Assembly (NCBI GenBank): GCA_965205025.1
Contig: CBDBFU010000011.1
Span: 1-64,000 of the forward strand
DNA from: Candidatus Poribacteria bacterium
GTDB lineage: Bacteria; Poribacteria; WGA-4E; WGA-3G
Direction of reading: 5' to 3'
DNA length: 64,000 bases
Shown: positions 41,886 through 51,776 of the stretch, piece by piece
How the letters are laid out: the number at the start of each line of letters is the position of its first letter
Numbering within the stretch: the first letter of the stretch is position 1
Translations under genes and position numbers: made by a program
The notes under the pieces: generated by a model
What the model saw: only the letters and a program-made list of their open reading frames with translations
Database searches by the model: none
Told to the model about the DNA's origin: nothing

Positions 41886-42504
41886 TGGATATAATTACAT
41901 CTTTTGGTCCATAATATGTGCATTTCTTATTGGTATTTCCGGTTGTGCACAACAAGATCAACAATCATCTTCAACTACTGAATCAAGTGAGACAACTCAA
42001 CAATCCGATACTTCGCAAGAAATATCCAAACCAGAAACACAGGTTGAGAAACCCACGCCTCAAGTTAAACCTGCAATTGACCCAGCGAATGCAATTGCTG
42101 TAATAGAAACGGAAAAAGGAAATATTGAGTTTGAATTCTTTGCATCTGATGCACCAATCACAGCAAAGGCATTTATTAAACATGCAAATCTTAATTATTA
42201 TAAGAACGAGAAATTTCATCGTGTAGAAGAATTAATCGTTCAGGCTGGCTCTGCTTTTGTGGATGACACACTACCCATAGAAAAAGGTGATCATCAACTC
42301 GTTAAAGGTGTCGTATTGATGGCGAAAGTAGAAGGAGAATCCGTCTCAGATGCAGATGAATTCTTTATTTGTAAATCGCCTATTATATTAGATGATGACT
42401 TTACAACGCTTGGTAAAGTTATTAAAGGACTTGATGTATTAGATAACCTTGTAAAAGATGATAAGATTATTAATATCTCAATTCGAGAACGTGATAATGA
42501 ATGA
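41863..42504 (+). CDS. Divergent cyclophilin-like lipoprotein
   Basis: ISGC lipobox, S/T/Q linker, IETEKG, FHRVEE..VQAG, GKVIKGLDV motifs. Confidence 0.82.
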   Translation: MLRQQRINGYNYIFWSIICAFLIGISGCAQQDQQSSSTTESSETTQQSDTSQEISKPETQVEKPTPQVKPAIDPANAIAVIETEKGNIEFEFFASDAPITAKAFIKHANLNYYKNEKFHRVEELIVQAGSAFVDDTLPIEKGDHQLVKGVVLMAKVEGESVSDADEFFICKSPIILDDDFTTLGKVIKGLDVLDNLVKDDKIINISIRERDNE

Positions 42505-42559
42505 ATTTGGGTAATTAGTTTTATAGCATAAACGATACCCTACTAACAAGGAGTGTTGA

Positions 42560-42928
42560 ATGGCATTATCTGTAATTCGGACTGCGCGTCCGAGTCCAGT
42601 TTGGCAAGAAAGTTATGTTAGAGTTGAGAAAGGTCAAAGGATTGTAATTGATGCGGATGGAGCATGGTCACCAGATCTACAAAATCGTACTGGATGGTGT
42701 GGTGCTGATGGGGTTGCTAAGACACCTGCAGGAGATGGATATTTACTCCCAGGTACAAATATTGGTGCACTGATTGCAAAAATTGGGAGTGATGTCTTTG
42801 CTGTCGGATCACGTTACGATAATCCTGCACCAGCTGATGGTGTCATTTTTCTCGCTATGAACGAGAACCCAAATAACAACAACCAAGCCGGAAGTTTACA
42901 AGCACAAATTATCGTTCTTGATGCATAA
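42560..42928 (+). CDS. LecA/PA-IL-like lectin
   Basis: 122 aa, no signal peptide; IDADGAWS, GALIAKIG, FLAMNE, NNQAGSL parallel the PA-IL motifs. Confidence 0.65.
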   Translation: MALSVIRTARPSPVWQESYVRVEKGQRIVIDADGAWSPDLQNRTGWCGADGVAKTPAGDGYLLPGTNIGALIAKIGSDVFAVGSRYDNPAPADGVIFLAMNENPNNNNQAGSLQAQIIVLDA

Positions 42929-43002
42929 TATTCAATACCTTACACTGTATTATAAAACTGTGATATCAATACATTCAGTTATTCAGTTTTAGGAGAAATG
43001 AT

Positions 43003-43449
43003 ATGGATGATAACACAATCCAGGAAGATACCCAACTACCCCCGGTGAGTTTTACTACTTACCTGCAAGATCTTGTCACTACTGCACATCTCTATTTAGA
43101 AGGATTCAAAGATCCTGAGACTGAACAAATGATTGTAAATCTTGGGTTAGTAAAAAGGGTAATTGATACAATAGAGATGTTAGATGAGAAAACTAAAGGG
43201 AATCTAACCGCACCAGAATCTAATTTCTTAGCTAATTCACTATACGAATTGAGAATGAATTACGTCAGAGCAATTAATAACCAAGAAGAGTTATCTAAAG
43301 AAACGGAAACAATTGAATCTGAAGAAAATACATCAACACCTGACTCACCTTCCGATACCGATGAAACTTCAAAGCAAGAAACTTCAGATAATGATACCGA
43401 AGAAGTCCATCCAACTATAGATGGTGAAGAATCCAAAGAAAACCTATAA
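43003..43449 (+). CDS. DUF1844 domain protein
   Basis: IDTIEMLDEKTKGNLT..E..FL...LYELRMNYV motif plus acidic tail. Confidence 0.85.
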   Translation: MDDNTIQEDTQLPPVSFTTYLQDLVTTAHLYLEGFKDPETEQMIVNLGLVKRVIDTIEMLDEKTKGNLTAPESNFLANSLYELRMNYVRAINNQEELSKETETIESEENTSTPDSPSDTDETSKQETSDNDTEEVHPTIDGEESKENL

Positions 43450-43563
43450 ATTTCTAACCATCCATCTCCATTTGACAATTATATCAGATTAACATAGTAA
43501 AATAACCTTTGTAATATAGTGTAAAGAGAGAGAATAACGAGGAGAGCAACATAACGTAGGATA

Positions 43564-44583
43564 ATGAATTATCAACGCAAGATAATTATCGCGTTCTCGC
43601 TATTGATAGGACTATTAATTCTCGGATCCATCGGTTATACAATCACTGAAAGTAACAATCCAACCAAAGATTGGAGTTTACTTGATGCAGTTTTTATGAC
43701 TGTTATAACTCTGACAACAGCGGGACACACCCTTATGGGGATGAGCGAAGGTGGACGTATATTCACCATGTTTCTACTCATCGGTGGATACGGTGTCTTT
43801 GTCTATAGTGTAACAATCGCTATTGCTTTTCTAATTGAAGGACAACTCCTTAGTATATTTAAACATAGAAAAATGATACGTACCGTAGAAAAACTATCAG
43901 ATCATTATATTGTTTGTGGACTCGGTGACACGGGTATACATGTTCTTGAAGAAATGTTAAAATCCGACGTAAATTTTGTTGGGATTGAAGCAGATGAGGA
44001 ACGATTGGAACATCTTGAGGAAACCTTAGATTTTCTATATATTGAGGGTGATGCAACGGATGATGATGTACTCATACGTGCAGGAGTAAAACAGGCAAAA
44101 GGTTTAGTCACTTGTTTGAGTAGAGACCAGGATAATCTCTTTGTCGTGATTTCTGCAAAAAACCTTAACCCAAGAATACGGGTTGTTTCAAAGGCTGTTG
44201 AAAACAACTCTCCTGACAAACTTATCACTGCAGGTGCGGATGAAGTTGTATTACCAGATCATATCGGGGGAATTCGACTTGCATCTGGGATTCTTGAACC
44301 CCATCTAATTGATTTTATTTCAAAGATGCAGGAAAGTCGACAAACTGCACGTTTTGCTGAATCTATCGTCCAAGATGATTCAAAACTCGCAGGTATAACA
44401 TTACGAGAATCAAATATACAAGGAGAAACAGGTCTCGTTGTAATTGCATTAAGAAGTAAGGATGGACAATACATATATAATCCTTCAGGAGATTGGATAA
44501 TTGAAGCTGGAGACGCACTGTTTGTTATTGCAGATCCAAGACAACTCCAACTATTAAATAAACTCACTGGAGATCCTCATTAA
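43564..44583 (+). CDS. Ion channel with TrkA-N/TrkA-C (RCK) domains (MthK/Kch-like)
   Basis: Two TM helices and a pore loop; HYIVCGLGDTG, GDATDDDVL..AG, AGADEVV motifs. Confidence 0.9.
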   Translation: MNYQRKIIIAFSLLIGLLILGSIGYTITESNNPTKDWSLLDAVFMTVITLTTAGHTLMGMSEGGRIFTMFLLIGGYGVFVYSVTIAIAFLIEGQLLSIFKHRKMIRTVEKLSDHYIVCGLGDTGIHVLEEMLKSDVNFVGIEADEERLEHLEETLDFLYIEGDATDDDVLIRAGVKQAKGLVTCLSRDQDNLFVVISAKNLNPRIRVVSKAVENNSPDKLITAGADEVVLPDHIGGIRLASGILEPHLIDFISKMQESRQTARFAESIVQDDSKLAGITLRESNIQGETGLVVIALRSKDGQYIYNPSGDWIIEAGDALFVIADPRQLQLLNKLTGDPH

Positions 44584-44593
44584 GTTCAACACC

Positions 44594-44616
44594 GCACTCC
44601 AGCGGAGTGTTATGTC
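44594..44616 (+). repeat. REP-like palindrome (CTCCAGCGGAG family)
   Basis: GCACTCCAGCGGAGTGTTATGTC, third locus of this motif in the window. Confidence 0.75.
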
Positions 44617-44627
44617 TTGATTATATT

Positions 44628-44770
44628 AACGTCAGTTTGATAATAAAAATGTCAGTTCGATAAACAGAATTTTGTCCTGAAGATAGTCTTTGTAGCACAA
44701 ACTTTCCAGTTTGTGCACTCTGGTGGTAACTAAAAGTTCGGGTTACAATGTGTCTTATCAAACTCACGTT
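44628..44770. mobile_element. MITE with 16-bp TIRs, ATATT target duplication and internal GTAG-REP
   Basis: AACGTCAGTTTGATAA ... TTATCAAACTCACGTT (15/16), flanked by ATATT on both sides; internal GTAGCACAAACTTTCCAGTTTGTGC hairpin. Confidence 0.7.
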
Positions 44771-44866
44771 ATATTAAACTCAAACATGAAAAGTGTCCAA
44801 ACAATCACAGATTTAAATATATACAAAAAGACTATACCTAAGAAAAAACATGAAAGGAATTCATAT

Positions 44867-46405
44867 ATGCTTGCAACGGTCCTAAGTAGTGCTGTGTTGG
44901 GTATTGACGCTTATATTGTAAAAGTCGAAGTGGACGTTGCTGATGGACTGCCTTCATTCAGTACAGTCGGTTTACCGGACAGTGCAATCAAGGAAAGTAA
45001 GGATAGAGTTACTGCAGCAATAAAGAACTCAGGTTTTTACTTCCCACCAAGCCGGATCACTGCCAATTTAGCCCCAGCAGATATACGGAAAGCCGGATCT
45101 GCCTTTGATCTTCCGATCGCCATAGGTGTAATGGCAGCAACAAATCAAATAGATCTTAGTAGACTTGAAAATACTATGATATTAGGGGAATTAGCTCTTG
45201 ATGGTACAATTCGAAATATACAAGGAGGGTTGCCAATAGCAATTGCAGCAAAAGATAACGGTATTCAGAATGTAATCCTGCCAGCAGAAAATTCTAAGGA
45301 AGCCGCAATTGTTGAGGAATTAAATGTTTATCCAATCGAAAGTCTTACAGAAGCAGCAGCATTTCTAAATGAAAGCAAGCAAATTTCTCCTGAACCACAT
45401 ACTCTCAGTTCCAGTACTGAGCACAAGGATAATAATACATATCTTGATCTAATTGATGTAAAGGGACAAGAGCATGTAAAACGGTCTATTGAAGTAGCTG
45501 CTGCTGGATCTCATAACATTATAATGATTGGACCACCAGGTTCAGGAAAGACAATGATCGCAAAACGGATACCTTCAATATTGCCTACATTGTCAACTGA
45601 AGAATCTCTGGAAACCACTAAAATCCAAAGTATTGTTGGGATTTTACCAAGTGATACACCATTGGTTTCGACACGACCCTTTCGATCCCCACACCATACC
45701 ATCTCTGATGCAGGTTTAATTGGTGGAGGGAATGTTCCTCGTCCTGGTGAAGTCAGTCTCTCACATAACGGTGTACTATTCCTTGATGAACTACCCGAAT
45801 TCCGGAGAAATGTACTTGAAGTGATGCGACAACCTTTAGAAGATGGTCATGTGACTATATCACGTGCTGCAGCATCACTTACGTATCCAGCTAATTTCAT
45901 GTTGGTTGCTGCGATGAACCCTTGTCCATGTGGTTTCTTCAGCGATCCGAATCGTGAATGTAAATGTACTGACAACCAAATACAAAATTATGTTTCACGT
46001 ATTTCTGGACCTTTGTTAGATAGGATTGATATCCAAGTCGAAGTTCCAGCGGTGAAATATGCTGAACTCTCAGCTGACGTTACAGGTGAACAGTCTGAAT
46101 TAGTCCGTAATAGAGTTGAAAAAGCAAGAAGTACTCAACATCAAAGATTCAAGGGGACGACAATACATTCTAATGCAAATATGCAATCTAAGCAGATTCG
46201 AGAGTATTGTAAAATTGAATCACAAGCACAAGATCTGTTACGAGTAGCAATTAACCAATTAGGATTGAGTGCCAGAGCTTATGACCGAATTTTGAAAGTA
46301 TCCCGTACTATTGCTGATTTAGATGGATGCCCTAATATCAAAAGTGGACACGTTTCCGAAGCTATACAATACAGGAGTCTGGATCGAAGTTTCTGGAAAA
46401 AATAG
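44867..46405 (+). CDS. comM: YifB/ComM Mg-chelatase-like AAA+ ATPase
   Basis: [57 protein letters not shown] motifs; ATG 44867 after AAGGA. Confidence 0.93.
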   Translation: MLATVLSSAVLGIDAYIVKVEVDVADGLPSFSTVGLPDSAIKESKDRVTAAIKNSGFYFPPSRITANLAPADIRKAGSAFDLPIAIGVMAATNQIDLSRLENTMILGELALDGTIRNIQGGLPIAIAAKDNGIQNVILPAENSKEAAIVEELNVYPIESLTEAAAFLNESKQISPEPHTLSSSTEHKDNNTYLDLIDVKGQEHVKRSIEVAAAGSHNIIMIGPPGSGKTMIAKRIPSILPTLSTEESLETTKIQSIVGILPSDTPLVSTRPFRSPHHTISDAGLIGGGNVPRPGEVSLSHNGVLFLDELPEFRRNVLEVMRQPLEDGHVTISRAAASLTYPANFMLVAAMNPCPCGFFSDPNRECKCTDNQIQNYVSRISGPLLDRIDIQVEVPAVKYAELSADVTGEQSELVRNRVEKARSTQHQRFKGTTIHSNANMQSKQIREYCKIESQAQDLLRVAINQLGLSARAYDRILKVSRTIADLDGCPNIKSGHVSEAIQYRSLDRSFWKK

Positions 46406-46454
46406 TAAAGTAGACTGTAGATTCATCTGCCACGATTAGTATTAAGGAGAAAGC

Positions 46455-47804
46455 ATGCCAACCAATTTCATTATTTTTCTAACTGATGACCAAGGATATG
46501 GCGATTTATCATGTATGGGGGCAACTGATTTTAAGACGCCTCATATTGACAGAATGGCATCTGAAGGTATACGTTCCACTGATTGGTACTCTAATTCACC
46601 TGTTTGTTCTCCATCCCGTGCTTCAGTTTTAACTGGAAGATATCCGGCACATGCTGGTGTAAGATCAATTTTATCTGGACATAGAACTGCTACTGGATTA
46701 CCACCCTCCGTTCCAACAATTGCCACTGCTCTTAAGGAACTTGGATATTATACTGCAATGACAGGTAAATGGCATTTAGGTCTTGCTGAAGGTTCAAGGC
46801 CGGAAGATCACGGGTTTGATGATTGGTTCGGTTTCATGGCAGGATGTATTGATTTCTACTCTCATATCTTTTATTGGGGATTGGGAAGACCAGATTTCGA
46901 CCAAACACATGATCTATGGGAAAACGGTGAAGAAATATATCGAAATGGTGAGTATTTTACTGAATTAATTACAGAATATGCCATCAGATATATCCGTAAA
47001 TCTGTTGAACTCGGCAAACCATTTTTCCTCTATGTTCCTTATAACGCCCCACACTATCCAATGCATGCTCCTCAAGAATATATTGATAGGTTTCCAGACT
47101 TGCCTTGGGATAGACAAATAATGGCTGCCATGTTGAGTGCTGTTGATGACAGTGTAGGGGCAATCTTTGCTGAACTTGAACGTCATGGTATTGCGGAGAA
47201 TACATTCTCATATTTCCAAAGCGATAATGGTCCCTCTCGTGAGACTCGTAATTGGTTAGATGGAACACAAGATCCTTACTATGGTGGAAGTGCAGGTAAA
47301 CTAAAAGGTCATAAGTTTAGTTTATATGAAGGAGGAATTCGTTCACCTGGGATATTGCATTGGCCAAAGGAAATTCCACCGGGAAATGTCGTTAATCATT
47401 GTGGTGCTGCTATGGATGTATTTCCAACATTCCTATCCGCTGCTAATGGAGATTTATCAAAATATCAACTCGATGGGTTAAACCAAATAGGGATGGTTTG
47501 TGATGGATGGTATTCACCTCATACGGATATCTTCTGGGAAATGGGAGACCAAACAGCAATGCGGAGAAACGAATGGAAATTAGTCCTTAACGGTAGATTA
47601 GTGGAAGGTGCACCTCCTGAAGATGATGTTCACCTTGCAAATCTTAATGAAGACATGGGTGAAACCAAGAATCTAAAAGACGAGTATCCAGATATTACAG
47701 CTGAGTTAACAGAAGCAGCACAGACGTGGCGAAATGGTATCGAAGAGTATTGGGAAGCACATAAGGAAGAACGTAACGGAACAACTGGTTATGTAAAGAA
47801 CTAA
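46455..47804 (+). CDS. Sulfatase (Cys-type arylsulfatase A-like)
   Basis: TDDQGYGD, CSPSRAS (CxPxR), GKWHLG, SDNG motifs. Confidence 0.94.
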   Translation: MPTNFIIFLTDDQGYGDLSCMGATDFKTPHIDRMASEGIRSTDWYSNSPVCSPSRASVLTGRYPAHAGVRSILSGHRTATGLPPSVPTIATALKELGYYTAMTGKWHLGLAEGSRPEDHGFDDWFGFMAGCIDFYSHIFYWGLGRPDFDQTHDLWENGEEIYRNGEYFTELITEYAIRYIRKSVELGKPFFLYVPYNAPHYPMHAPQEYIDRFPDLPWDRQIMAAMLSAVDDSVGAIFAELERHGIAENTFSYFQSDNGPSRETRNWLDGTQDPYYGGSAGKLKGHKFSLYEGGIRSPGILHWPKEIPPGNVVNHCGAAMDVFPTFLSAANGDLSKYQLDGLNQIGMVCDGWYSPHTDIFWEMGDQTAMRRNEWKLVLNGRLVEGAPPEDDVHLANLNEDMGETKNLKDEYPDITAELTEAAQTWRNGIEEYWEAHKEERNGTTGYVKN

Positions 47805-47903
47805 ATGCTTACTGACAAACATGATGCTTTTGGATACCTCAGAACACTACATTGAATCAGGTAAGCCTACATATATTGCAATTTTGAAGAAAAAGAGTAT
47901 ATC

Positions 47904-48803
47904 ATGACACCTCTTAAATTCGCTTTTATTACGGATACACATCTCTATCCAAATGCTCCACAAAACTTTGCGGGTGGTCTGCAACAACAGATGAATAGTC
48001 TCGCTCTTTATGAAAGAGTTATTGAACAGTTAAATGATTTTGATCCCGCATTCGTTGTTCATGGTGGAGATATCGTTTGTGGCGGGAATAGTTTTGATAT
48101 GTCCACGGAGAAATATGTAGAAGCACTTAATATTGCACATTCACTTGGGGAAAAACTAAAGTCACCAATTTATTATATCCCTGGAAATCACGATCTCGAT
48201 CCAGAAACAGGATCTAAAGTTTCATATCTTGAATGTTTCGGTATAAACAATAGAGGTTCAACTTGCTTCGTTAAAGAAAACATTAGATTTATATTAATGG
48301 ATGCACAAGAAGTTCCAGAAGATCTGACACACGGTTATGTCAGTACAAATCAGCTTGCCTGGGTAGAACGTGAACTAAAAAAAGCTGCTGATTATGGAGA
48401 AGAAATCTTCATCTTTACTCATCAACTTCCCTTTCCAAGCGTGGAATTTCAAGGTGTGGGTTCAAGAATTGCAAATTCTGCAGAGATGCTTGAAGTCGTC
48501 GCCCCTTTTGAACAACAGATTTTAGGATTCTTTTGTGGACACCTACATCTAAATCGTGTATATCGAGAACAAGGTCTATTATGTATCATTACATCTGGTG
48601 TTATATGTTATCCGATGATGTGGCGTCAGGTCCTTGTATATCCTGATAGAATAGAAGTAATGTCTGTTCCTGTCGATTTACCAGATGTTTATGCAGACTC
48701 AGAGGCGGTAAATCCAGACAATAACCCATATTTATCTGGCAGACCAAGGGATCAAGAATTTACGATCCCTCGCATAAACAATCAAGATCATAATTTGGGA
48801 TAA
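47904..48803 (+). CDS. Calcineurin-like metallophosphoesterase
   Basis: TDTH, GGD, PGNHD, GHLH motifs. Confidence 0.9.
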   Translation: MTPLKFAFITDTHLYPNAPQNFAGGLQQQMNSLALYERVIEQLNDFDPAFVVHGGDIVCGGNSFDMSTEKYVEALNIAHSLGEKLKSPIYYIPGNHDLDPETGSKVSYLECFGINNRGSTCFVKENIRFILMDAQEVPEDLTHGYVSTNQLAWVERELKKAADYGEEIFIFTHQLPFPSVEFQGVGSRIANSAEMLEVVAPFEQQILGFFCGHLHLNRVYREQGLLCIITSGVICYPMMWRQVLVYPDRIEVMSVPVDLPDVYADSEAVNPDNNPYLSGRPRDQEFTIPRINNQDHNLG

Positions 48804-48862
48804 TACTCTATTACTATCCATTCTTTGATGATGTAAATCTTTCATCAACACCCAAAATACAA

Positions 48863-49864
48863 ATGATTGAAGTGCAAAACCTCTGCAAAAACTATGGTCC
48901 TTTTCAAGCGTTAAATGATATATCTTTTTCTGTAGAAAAGGGACAAATAGTAGGTTTTCTTGGTCCAAATGGTGCAGGTAAAACTACTACAATGCGGATA
49001 CTCACCTGTTTTATGCCTGCAAGTAGTGGTATGGTTAAAGTTGCTGGATACGATGTCTTTAAAGAATCTAAAGAGGTGAGGAATCGCATTGGTTACCTAC
49101 CAGAGAACATACCTCTCTACACCGAAATGACCGTAACTAAATATCTGTCATACATGGCAAAAATACGCAATGTACCAAGGAAGCAGCTTGGAGAAAGATT
49201 AGATTCGGTTGTAGAATCATGCGGATTAATTGAAAGACGAAATCAGATTATCGGTCAACTGTCACGAGGGTACAGACAACGGGTTGGTTTGGCTCAAGCC
49301 TTAGTTCATGACCCAGAGGTGTTAATTCTTGACGAACCTACATCGGGATTAGATCCCCGCCAAATTGTAGAAATACGGGATCTAATAAAAGGTCTCGGTA
49401 AAGAAAGAACAATACTCTTTAGTACACATATACTTCCAGAAGCAAAAAATACTTGTGAACGGTTATTGGTTATTAGTAAAGGAAAAATTACTGGGGATAT
49501 AGAACTATCAAACGGACGGGCAATCACAGAAACTGAAACAGACATTACAAACGTTGATGCGGATTTCTCTTCTGATCAGAATGAGGTAATTGAGAATACA
49601 TTAACAATTGTCGTTTCTGGTGCAACTAATGACGAAATATTATCTACTCTCAAAAATATACCAGATGTGATAAATGTAGAATTTTCGTCTGATGCACTTA
49701 GAGATTCGTTTAATGTTCGCTTTAGTGCTGTAAAGGATATTCGGGCAGAAGTCGCCAAAACTATCGTTGAACAGGGCTGGAATTTATTGGAAATGTATAC
49801 AAACGAAATGAGTTTAGAAGAACTATTCCTATCTCTAACATCTGAAAATTTAGCACTTGAATAG
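48863..49864 (+). CDS. ABC-2 type exporter ATP-binding protein (GldA-like)
   Basis: GPNGAGKTT, LSRGYRQR, ILDEPTSGLDP, STHIL motifs. Confidence 0.9.
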   Translation: MIEVQNLCKNYGPFQALNDISFSVEKGQIVGFLGPNGAGKTTTMRILTCFMPASSGMVKVAGYDVFKESKEVRNRIGYLPENIPLYTEMTVTKYLSYMAKIRNVPRKQLGERLDSVVESCGLIERRNQIIGQLSRGYRQRVGLAQALVHDPEVLILDEPTSGLDPRQIVEIRDLIKGLGKERTILFSTHILPEAKNTCERLLVISKGKITGDIELSNGRAITETETDITNVDADFSSDQNEVIENTLTIVVSGATNDEILSTLKNIPDVINVEFSSDALRDSFNVRFSAVKDIRAEVAKTIVEQGWNLLEMYTNEMSLEELFLSLTSENLALE

Positions 49865-49875
49865 TAAATGGAGTC

Positions 49876-50148
49876 ATGCTTGAGAACAACATTCAATTTA
49901 AGACTCCAACATTAAGAAATGTTGCTCTTACTGCTCCCTACTTTCATACAGGGGACCCGACATTGACATCAGTCATTGAATTTAACAATGCAGGTGGTGT
50001 ACCTTCAGGTTTTGTAGGAACCAGAGAGGGAACGCTTGAACCCTTACATCTTACAGATAAGGAAATCGATGAATTAGTGAAATTTCTATTAACACTTACA
50101 GGCGAATTACCACCTGAAAATCTATTAAGAAAACCCAACCTTCCGTAG
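49876..50148 (+). pseudogene. C-terminal remnant of a di-heme cytochrome c peroxidase/MauG
   Basis: FKTPTLRNVALTAPYFHTG...LTDKEIDELVKFLLTLTG; the CxxCH-bearing N-terminal part is missing. Confidence 0.75.
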
Positions 50149-50339
50149 ATTACTCCTTACCATTTTTAACTACTAACAGATGAAATGATGTTTACTTCTC
50201 GTTTCATGGTGATTAATATTAAAGAGCTAAAAGCAATATTAATAGCCAATTTTTTGCTAATTTGATAATTCCCAGATTTACGAGTTGTTAAAGAATAATG
50301 TAAATTCTTAAGAACCGTTGCTATTTAATTAGAAAATAT

Positions 50340-50368
50340 TTGACAACTTTCGACATATAATGTATAGT
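50340..50368 (+). promoter_or_regulatory. Sigma70-type promoter
   Basis: TTGACA-N17-TATAGT. Confidence 0.65.
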
Positions 50369-50670
50369 AAATTTATAGGTAGCATGGGGTAAGAGAATAA
50401 CGACCTTATATTTTTTAGGTTATATTTTCGATTTTTGGGATTTTACTATGAAAAACCGACAAGCAAAATTGACATATAAAATTGAGATGTTAAATGGTTA
50501 TCGTCGGAGCGGGAACCGCTTACGTACAATAGCCGCAGGCTTTGCTTTAACCCAAGATTTTTCACCCCCCCCCCACGTCACCTCGTTAAACACAACTTTA
50601 CTTCTGTTAACTATTATAGAGCGTTACAGAAGAGTAACATTAAGAATATTAGCAGTTGTCCTATTTTCGC

Positions 50671-50720
50671 GCTCGCACGTACTTCGTCTTTCACGGAGTG
50701 TTACGTCGCGGGCTTTTTTT
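50671..50720 (+). terminator. Long hairpin terminator upstream of the tandem secreted-protein genes
   Basis: GCTCGC-ACGT-ACTTCGT/ACGGAGT-(GTT)-ACGT-(C)-GCGGGC stem followed by T7. Confidence 0.7.
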
Positions 50721-50872
50721 GTTGCATTGGAGAGTCCTTCAATGTTTGTCAATTTAGTTGTATCAAGTCGTTTGTCATTCAACTTATCATGTAAAATCAA
50801 ATAATACAAACTGATTTTAAAATTAGTGGTTGAAAATTCTTAATTTCATTTTCATATAATAAGGAGTGTGGA

Positions 50873-51691
50873 ATGAAAAAAATGATATTAATTATGGCTA
50901 TGGCAATAGGGTATACTCTTACTCTATTAACTACTCCAATGCCATGTATAGCTTTACCACTTGGTGAAGTAGCAATTTATACTCAACGAGCTGGATGGAT
51001 GGGGCTCGCTGCCGCAGTTGCAGAAGGTAAAGAATTAGCTGACCTGTTAAAGAAACCTTCAAAGGTTGTTAACTTAAATGACCAAGAGATAGGAGATTGG
51101 GCAAAAAAACATACAGATAACGGTTTATCTGATATTATCGTCACTTTTGGGGACTTCCCAGATGCACTTTACCCAAAAGGTAATGCTAAGCCTGACGGCT
51201 CGATTGCAGAAAATTTCCTTGAAGGCGGAAATATCTTCCTCAATACTGCAGATTATATTTTTTATGTGGTAGAAGGTGCTGGGACCAACGGTGAACAAGG
51301 TTTGAAAAATATGATGGATATAAATGCTGACATGTGGGGAGACAATACCGCTATTAAACCAACAGCAGATGGTGAAAAATACACACCAACTCTCGCTGCC
51401 TTCACTACAGCGCGCCCCTTCAAGACTGCCCAGATTGTTGATCCTTGGGAAGTTGAAGTGGCTTTTGGTGACAATGGATCAGGCTTTCTCGATCCTGCAA
51501 TTGTTCACGACACCGAAACCGGTGGCCGCATAGGAATCCTTTACCAAGCACCTGGTAATGATGCACTCCCACGAGGTAAGGTGTTAGCAGAGATGATAGA
51601 TAACTTCCTCTTTGAAGTACTTGGTGCTCAAGCGGTTGATCCTCAACAGAAAGCAACAACTACATGGGGAGATCTAAAATCCGATTTTTAA
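50873..51691 (+). CDS. Secreted protein of unknown function with C-terminal TTTWG motif
   Basis: AAGGAG RBS, signal peptide, ends VDPQQKATTTWGDLK; paralog of the next gene. Confidence 0.85.
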   Translation: MKKMILIMAMAIGYTLTLLTTPMPCIALPLGEVAIYTQRAGWMGLAAAVAEGKELADLLKKPSKVVNLNDQEIGDWAKKHTDNGLSDIIVTFGDFPDALYPKGNAKPDGSIAENFLEGGNIFLNTADYIFYVVEGAGTNGEQGLKNMMDINADMWGDNTAIKPTADGEKYTPTLAAFTTARPFKTAQIVDPWEVEVAFGDNGSGFLDPAIVHDTETGGRIGILYQAPGNDALPRGKVLAEMIDNFLFEVLGAQAVDPQQKATTTWGDLKSDF

Positions 51692-51776
51692 CTGGAAATA
51701 GAATATATTGAATCATCATGATAATTCAATATATTCTTGTATTATAATACTCAAAATTCCTCTCAAAGGAGACTTA

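Noticed and set aside
26464-42504. Other TGA-terminated ORFs as selenoproteins
   Set aside because: Those with recognisable families already appear complete at the TGA, and I saw no conserved domain continuing beyond it
44711-44866. N-terminal extension of comM
   Set aside because: It overlaps the MITE; the family-typical start is ATG 44867 with an RBS
50375-50720. tmRNA, RNase P RNA or c-di-GMP riboswitch
   Set aside because: The size fits, but the tRNA-like ends, GAGGAAAGUCC and GEMM core motifs are not present
50448-50804. 118-aa ORF (and the antisense 61-aa ORF)
   Set aside because: It crosses the C10 tract and the terminator hairpin, has no RBS and has atypical composition
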